From: Haloplasmataceae bacterium
Lineage (GTDB): Bacteria; Bacillota_I; Bacilli_A; Haloplasmatales; Haloplasmataceae
Direction: 5' to 3'
DNA: 24,000 bases
NCBI GenBank assembly: GCA_029240795.1
Contig: JARDZP010000016.1
Span: 6,516-30,515, forward strand
The notes beneath the pieces were generated by a model. It did no database searches and was not told the origin of the DNA. It was given only the letters and a program-made list of their open reading frames with translations. Position numbers and translations under genes: made by a program. This document shows positions 18,703 to 24,000 of this stretch, piece after piece; position 1 is the first letter of the stretch; every line of letters begins with the position of its first letter.

Positions 18703-20532
18703 TTAATCATCAACTGTTAATACAGCCATAAATGCTTCTTGTGGTACTTCTACACTACCTACTTGTTTCATACGTTTTTTACCTTCTTTTTGTTTTTCAA
18801 GAAGTTTTTTCTTACGTGAAATGTCTCCACCATAACATTTAGCTAATACATTTTTTCTAAGTGCTTTAATATCACTACGAGCAATTACTTTATTATTAAT
18901 TGATGCTTGAATAGGCACTTCAAATTGTTGTCTTGGGATCAGTTCTTTTAATTTTTCACAGATAACTTTTCCACGATTATAAGCAAAATCACGATGTACG
19001 ATAATACTTAAAGCATCTATTACTTCATTATTTAACAGAATATCCATTTTAACTAATTTTGAAGCTTTATAACCATTCATTTCATAATCAAGTGAAGCAT
19101 AACCTTTAGTACTTGATTTTAATTTATCAAAGAAATCATAAACTATTTCACCGAGTGGCATATCATAATGAATATTTACACGTGTTTCATCCATATATTT
19201 CATGTCGACAAAAGTACCACGTTTTCTTTGACATAATTCCATTATTGCACCAACATATTCGCTTGGTGATATAATGGTTGCTCTAACGTAAGGTTCCTGA
19301 ATTTCTTTAATTTTTTGAATATCTGGCATATAAGATGGATTTTCTAATGTGATTTCAGTACCATCTGTTAAATATATATGATAAATAACTGAAGGTGCTG
19401 TTGCGATTAAATCTAATGAGAATTCTCTTTCTAATCGTTCTTGAACGATATCCATATGTAATAAACCCAAAAACCCTGTTCGGAAACCAAACCCTAAAGC
19501 TTGTGATGTTTCAGGTTCATATACTAAAGATGAGTCGCTTAATTGTAATTTTTCTAATGCATCGCGTAAATCATTATATCTAGATGCATCGATTGGATAT
19601 AAACCACAGAATACCATTGGATTTAATCTTCTATATCCTGGTACTGGTGCATCTGCAGGATTTTCAATATGTGTAATCGTATCACCAACGTGGATGTCTT
19701 TAATTGATTTGATAGAAGCTGTTATAAAACCTACGTCTCCAACAGTTAAATAATCACGTTTTTCTTCTTTTGGTGTACATACACCAACTTCTAAAACTTC
19801 ATGTTCAGCTCCAGTTGACATAAATCTAATTTTATCGCCTTTTTGAATTGTTCCACTCATTACACGAATTGTTGGAATAACTCCACGATATGATTCAAAA
19901 TATGAGTCAAAGATTAAAGCTTGAAGTGGTGCTTCAGGATCACCAACTGGTGCAGGAATATTTAAAACGATCTTCTCTAATAGTTCTATGATGCCAATTC
20001 CATTTTTTGCAGAACCTAGAACTGCATCATCAGTAGCTAATCCAATCACATTTTCAATCTCATGTTTCACTTTTTCAGTATCTGCACTTGGTAAATCAAT
20101 TTTATTTAAAAACAATTGTATTTCTAAATCATTATCTAAAGCTAAATACACATTTGCGAGAGTCTGAGCTTCAATTCCTTGTGAAGCATCAACAACTAAT
20201 ACTGCTCCTTCGCAAGCAGCAAGCGAGCGTGAAACTTCATACGTAAAGTCCACGTGACCTGGAGTATCAATTAAATGAAATATATATTCTTCACCGTTTA
20301 GTGCAATATATTTTAGTTCGACCGCATTTAGTTTTATAGTAATTCCTCTTTCACGTTCTAAATCCATTGAATCTAACAGCTGATTAACCATTTCTCTTGA
20401 TTCTATCGTATGGGTAGTTTCTAAGATACGATCAGCTAATGTGGATTTACCGTGATCAATATGAGCTATTATTGAAAAGTTTCGAATCTTTTTTTGTCTT
20501 TCTCTAAGTAACATGTAATTCATCTGGCTCAT
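18703..20532 (-). CDS. lepA: Elongation factor 4 (LepA) GTPase
   Basis: 609 aa; [88 protein letters not shown]; C-terminus [39 protein letters not shown]. Confidence 0.97.
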   Translation of the reverse strand: MSQMNYMLLRERQKKIRNFSIIAHIDHGKSTLADRILETTHTIESREMVNQLLDSMDLERERGITIKLNAVELKYIALNGEEYIFHLIDTPGHVDFTYEVSRSLAACEGAVLVVDASQGIEAQTLANVYLALDNDLEIQLFLNKIDLPSADTEKVKHEIENVIGLATDDAVLGSAKNGIGIIELLEKIVLNIPAPVGDPEAPLQALIFDSYFESYRGVIPTIRVMSGTIQKGDKIRFMSTGAEHEVLEVGVCTPKEEKRDYLTVGDVGFITASIKSIKDIHVGDTITHIENPADAPVPGYRRLNPMVFCGLYPIDASRYNDLRDALEKLQLSDSSLVYEPETSQALGFGFRTGFLGLLHMDIVQERLEREFSLDLIATAPSVIYHIYLTDGTEITLENPSYMPDIQKIKEIQEPYVRATIISPSEYVGAIMELCQRKRGTFVDMKYMDETRVNIHYDMPLGEIVYDFFDKLKSSTKGYASLDYEMNGYKASKLVKMDILLNNEVIDALSIIVHRDFAYNRGKVICEKLKELIPRQQFEVPIQASINNKVIARSDIKALRKNVLAKCYGGDISRKKKLLEKQKEGKKRMKQVGSVEVPQEAFMAVLTVDD

Positions 20533-20621
20533 CTAATTCACTCCATTCAAAGTATAACAATAAAATTTTACATTATTTGAAGTGTTTTTTCAACGTTATT
20601 TTAGTTTTATCCAAAAATAAT

Positions 20622-20650
20622 AAAAAAAAAAGCCATTTAGGCTTATTTTT
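20622..20650 (-). terminator. Rho-independent terminator ending the gpr-proximal operon
   Basis: Minus strand AAAAATAAGCC-TAAAT-GGCTTTTTTTTTTA directly at/after the stop at 20643. Confidence 0.75.
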
Positions 20651-20978
20651 TACCAAATACAAATTTTATTAAGTCATCACTTTTTGATAATATTAAATCT
20701 AAACCCTTTTTAATTAAAAATTCTCCGTCTTTAGCTAGACTAGAAAAAAGATTGTGATTTACTTTTTTAGTAACAGCTGATGAACCAGCTGGGTCAACTG
20801 GTGTAAATTCATCATCGTCATTTGTACCAGTTGTTGGAATTGTATTATCATCTTCCCAGTCATCAACGGATTGTTGTATGTCTCTTGTTTTATTATTATC
20901 TTGATATGATACTCCTAGTGATAATCCAACGAAAAAGATGATCACAATTAACGTATATTTTAATAATTTCTTTTCCAT
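20643..20978 (-). CDS. YqxA-like small membrane-anchored protein
   Basis: 111 aa, N-terminal TM MEKKLLKYTLIVIIFFVGLSLGVSYQ; located between gpr and lepA where yqxA lies in Bacillus. Assignment rests mostly on position plus N-terminal pattern. Confidence 0.5.
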   Translation of the reverse strand: MEKKLLKYTLIVIIFFVGLSLGVSYQDNNKTRDIQQSVDDWEDDNTIPTTGTNDDDEFTPVDPAGSSAVTKKVNHNLFSSLAKDGEFLIKKGLDLILSKSDDLIKFVFGKK

Positions 20979-20991
20979 TTTTTACCTCCAT

Positions 20992-21267
20992 TTAATATAA
21001 AGGATTAATATTTTTATAAAAACTACTTAAATCACTTAAATCAACTTGAAATAATCCTTTTAAAAGTAATTCTGCGACATAAGTTATAATATTATTATTT
21101 GTATTATTATCATTTAAAAATAATATAAATGAATTTAATTCAGTTTCATAGATAATGTTATCTGATGACGTTAATAAATAGCCTATGGTTAGAAAAGAAA
21201 CACCAATTATAAATATTGTTTTTATATAAAATACACTATTATCAAGCATCTTATCATATCCTTTCAA
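20992..21267 (-). CDS. Short membrane-anchored ORF at the spoIIP position; possible N-terminal SpoIIP remnant
   Basis: 91 aa: TM (SVFYIKTIFIIGVSFLTIGYLL) then ELNSFILFLND...NIITYVAELLLKGLFQVDLSDLSSFYKNINPLY; sits between gpr and the yqxA-like gene. No space for the SpoIIP catalytic domain. Confidence 0.45.
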   Translation of the reverse strand: MKGYDKMLDNSVFYIKTIFIIGVSFLTIGYLLTSSDNIIYETELNSFILFLNDNNTNNNIITYVAELLLKGLFQVDLSDLSSFYKNINPLY

Positions 21268-21324
21268 CTATAGTCTAATATAAGTATAGTATGAAAAGAA
21301 ATAAAAATATGTATAAATTAGTCG

Positions 21325-22365
21325 TTAACTAATATTTTTATGTAAAGCTAGATTAATTCCTCTTGAAATGATATGTGTTAAGTCCTCAATGTTTGTATCA
21401 ATCTCTTTAGGTGTAACCATCATATTTAAACCTTGTGGAGATAATACCTCAAAAATTAATTGTTGCTTTTCTTCTGGTGACATTAAGCCAACTTCACCAA
21501 AGATATTTTTTACAACATCATTTTCTGGTTTATCTATTTTACTATAATCTTTTCTACCACTCATTGAAGTAGGGACGATGCGATTTGCTGGTCTGATATT
21601 TTGCATTGAATAGCCAATATGTTTTATAATCATTTCAATCGTATCACTCGTTATAGTTACTGCATCAACTACAGTAGGAACACCTACAGAAATTACTGGA
21701 ATGCCTGTTGTATCAAAACTAATTTCTTTACGTTTGTTTCCAACACCACTACCCGGACTTATTCCTGCATCAGATAACTGAATTGTTTTATTGACACGAT
21801 TAATCGCTCTAGCAGCTAAAGCATCGACAACGATTACAAATTTAGGTTTCACTGATTTTATAACAGAATTGATAATTTCATAAGTTTCTAAACCTGTATT
21901 ACCCATAACACCAGGAGCAATTGCACAAACTGGTCTAAAACCATCATGATCAATTTGTTCCGGATGTAAGTCGAAAAGATGTTTAGTTACAAAAATATTT
22001 TCAATTACTTTTGGTCCAAGTGCATCAGGAGTTACACTGTCATTACCTAAACCAACAATCATTCCTAAATCGTCTTCATGAATATTATGTTTTTGAAAAA
22101 ACGTATCAATATGTTTAGCAATTTGTTTTTGAATCCTTAATAATGCTTCATGATCATTATCAACAATTGAAGAAGTATCAATTGTGATATATGTTCCACT
22201 TTTTTTATTAAAGAATTGTTCTTGTTCTTTTGTAATGATTACTTCAGATATTTTCATATCGTCTGAAGTGAATTCTTTAACTCTAATATCGTTTGGCTGA
22301 ATTTGATTTTTGGCCATTTCTAAGTTTTCTATTACTAAATCTGATCTAATTTTACTAAATTCCAT
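21325..22365 (-). CDS. gpr: Germination (spore) protease GPR
   Basis: 346 aa; RSDLVIEN, GLGNDSVTPDALGPKVIENIFVTKHLF, CAIAPGVMGNTGLETYEIINSVIKSVKPKFVIVVDALAARAINRVNKTIQLSDAGISPGSGVGNKRKEIS, GVPTVVDA: full set of GPR signatures. SD AAAGAGGTG upstream. Confidence 0.95.
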   Translation of the reverse strand: MEFSKIRSDLVIENLEMAKNQIQPNDIRVKEFTSDDMKISEVIITKEQEQFFNKKSGTYITIDTSSIVDNDHEALLRIQKQIAKHIDTFFQKHNIHEDDLGMIVGLGNDSVTPDALGPKVIENIFVTKHLFDLHPEQIDHDGFRPVCAIAPGVMGNTGLETYEIINSVIKSVKPKFVIVVDALAARAINRVNKTIQLSDAGISPGSGVGNKRKEISFDTTGIPVISVGVPTVVDAVTITSDTIEMIIKHIGYSMQNIRPANRIVPTSMSGRKDYSKIDKPENDVVKNIFGEVGLMSPEEKQQLIFEVLSPQGLNMMVTPKEIDTNIEDLTHIISRGINLALHKNIS

Positions 22366-22437
22366 TGTTTCACCTCTTTATTATTCATTAATAATATTGA
22401 AATAATGGGGGAAAATATACTTAATTACAAATTATTA

Positions 22438-22466
22438 TTGAAATTTATCAAAGTTTTTGTTAAAAT
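22438..22466 (+). promoter_or_regulatory. Sigma-A-type promoter for rpsT
   Basis: TTGAAA, 17-nt spacer, TAAAAT (22461-22466), 30 nt before ATG. Confidence 0.65.
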
Positions 22467-22496
22467 TAGATAGTCACAAATTATGGAGGTGAAACA

Positions 22497-22760
22497 ATGC
22501 CACAAATTAAATCACAAATTAAACGTGTAAAAACTAATGAAAAACGTCGTGTACAAAACTTATCATTCAAATCTTCAATGCGTACTGCTATTAAAGATGT
22601 TGAAGATGCAGTTACAAATAAAGACTTAACAGCTGCAAACGTTGCTTTCTCATTAGCTTCAAAAAAATTAGATAAAGCTGTATCTAAAGGAATAGAACAT
22701 AAGAATTATGCAGCTAGACAAAAATCTCGTTTAGCTAAAAAACTTAATTCTATCGCATAA
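22497..22760 (+). CDS. rpsT: 30S ribosomal protein S20
   Basis: 87 aa [39 protein letters not shown]...[24 protein letters not shown]; SD GGAGGTG. Confidence 0.96.
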   Translation: MPQIKSQIKRVKTNEKRRVQNLSFKSSMRTAIKDVEDAVTNKDLTAANVAFSLASKKLDKAVSKGIEHKNYAARQKSRLAKKLNSIA

Positions 22761-22763
22761 TTT

Positions 22764-22798
22764 AAAACCTACTTTATAAGTAGGTTTTATTTTTTTGT
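22764..22798 (+). terminator. Rho-independent terminator after rpsT
   Basis: AAAACCTACTT-TAT-AAGTAGGTTTT followed by ATTTTTTT. Confidence 0.85.
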
Positions 22799-22873
22799 AT
22801 TCATTTATTTTTCTAAATGTAATACAATTATGTTTTGTTAATAAAAATTTTAGGGAGAATCTATCTGCTTGTA

Positions 22874-23160
22874 TGAATTCAAATCTAGTCATCACCAAAA
22901 AAGAAGTAAATGAAACCTCATTTACCTTTGAATTAAACGTTCAGTAATTAAAAATACAGATTACAATATTGAAAAATTAGTTTTACATAACAATGGTTCA
23001 ATAAGTAATAGATAAAACAAGGTTCTATACTATCAAAAGGCGTTCATACGATACTTATATCCTTACTGATAATGACGGTAATACAACTACACATTATAAA
23101 ACAGTAATTATAGTTATTGATGATTTGAAAAATAAGTTTGTACCTGAAACGAAAACATGA
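22874..23160 (+). pseudogene. Decayed fragment of an Ig-like (DUF5011/bacterial Ig-type) surface protein
   Basis: Frame-broken fragments: MNSNLVITKKEVNETSFTFELNVQ*; ...SVIKNTDYNIEKLVLHNNGSISNR*; and VIDKTRFYTIKRRSYDTYILTDNDGNTTTHYKTVIIVIDDLKNKFVPETKT* (23005-23160, no start codon), the last with a YxxxDxxGNTTT-like Ig-repeat pattern. Confidence 0.4.
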
Positions 23161-23364
23161 GTACCTGATTTTTTTAGACCTTTGGTTGTAAGTAATCAAT
23201 ATTTATTTAATTTATAATTGAATATATTTTACTTATATAGAAGTTTTAAAAAAATCTATATATAGGTATTTTTATTTTCTTAAGAACAAACTTTAAAGTT
23301 AAGATAAGTTTTAGTATATCAAAATTATACATCTATTATTAATTTAACTCTAGATGAATGGACA

Positions 23365-24000
23365 CTAAAAAAAATTAATATTATTTAGACGATATTTTAT
23401 ACTAAATCGATTGATCATTGCATTCTGATCGTAATAAGATTTATCTTTTGGTTCAAATATTATAAAATCCCTTTCTATAACTATTTTTTCAATTAAATTT
23501 AATTCATACAATGAAAATACATCCAAGTATATTCTTTCTATTTCATGTTTGTTTAATCTATCATTATAATATAAAAACGTATTATGATTTGAATTGTCAT
23601 AACTAACTTTTAAAATAATATTATTTTCTTCCTGTCTTAATAAGACTAATTTATCTCCTTCAGTAAATTCCAATCTTCTATCATTTTCAGCAACAGTAAT
23701 TTTTTCAAGTTTATTATTATCATTACTATAAACTGTTTTTAAAACTTTAAATGTTATTGTTTTTATTAAATTCATTACGTCAACATAATTCATATGATTA
23801 ACTTTTTCAGGTAATAAGCCATATTCAATATTTATTGAATAATTATCTTGTTTCTTAATAACTATTTTGTCTTGTTCAATTTCAGGTGTAAAAAATATAC
23901 CAAGACCATCAAACTTACCAGATATAAAATTTAGTTCATTAAGTATGGTAGAAATCTTATTACCAATAGTTTGATAATTGATTAATAATTCAGAAAAGTT
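23365..24000 (-). CDS. Hypothetical protein, truncated by right window edge
   Basis: Track ORF begins at an internal ATG (23793), but the same frame is open to 24000: NFSELLINYQTIGNKISTILNELNFISGKFDGLGIFFTPEIEQDKIVIKKQDNYSINIEYGLLPEKVNHMNYVDV...; at least 211 codons. Confidence 0.65.
   Translation of the reverse strand, partial: NFSELLINYQTIGNKISTILNELNFISGKFDGLGIFFTPEIEQDKIVIKKQDNYSINIEYGLLPEKVNHMNYVDVMNLIKTITFKVLKTVYSNDNNKLEKITVAENDRRLEFTEGDKLVLLRQEENNIILKVSYDNSNHNTFLYYNDRLNKHEIERIYLDVFSLYELNLIEKIVIERDFIIFEPKDKSYYDQNAMINRFSIKYRLNNINFF

Noticed and set aside
19395-19583. 62-aa plus-strand ORF
   Set aside because: Antisense to lepA.
1-24000. Possible CRISPR array, defence island or prophage
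   Set aside because: No regularly spaced direct repeats, no cas/integrase/transposase/structural phage genes seen. Most genes are core housekeeping. Only the UvrD-like/PHP and Fic-like genes are remotely defence-like, and nothing here demonstrates such a role.

Overview
AT-rich chromosomal segment of a low-GC Gram-positive (Bacillota/Mollicutes-like) bacterium, about 23 protein-coding genes, mostly housekeeping. Left to right: XRE+cupin regulator (off the left edge); an operon-like pair of a PHP-family phosphoesterase and a diverged UvrD-like protein; a Fic-like protein with a degenerate catalytic motif; a small membrane protein; parE-parC (topoisomerase IV); plsY; two tiny YjcZ-like hydrophobic peptides absent from the ORF track; a lipoprotein; YneF-like protein; transketolase; 2[4Fe-4S] ferredoxin; lexA; a SpoVK/CbxX-like AAA+ ATPase; a GH20 hexosaminidase; a small lipoprotein; lepA; YqxA-like protein; a short ORF at the usual spoIIP position; gpr spore protease; rpsT; a decayed Ig-like fragment; and a hypothetical gene running off the right edge. 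I see no tRNA, rRNA, CRISPR array, transposase or prophage genes. The most interesting themes are (1) sporulation-associated genes in a possibly reduced form (gpr kept, spoIIP slot occupied by a 91-aa ORF with no room for the catalytic domain, YjcZ-like micro-ORFs with matched leaders), and (2) two proteins that keep a family fold signature but lose canonical catalytic residues (Fic-like and UvrD-like).
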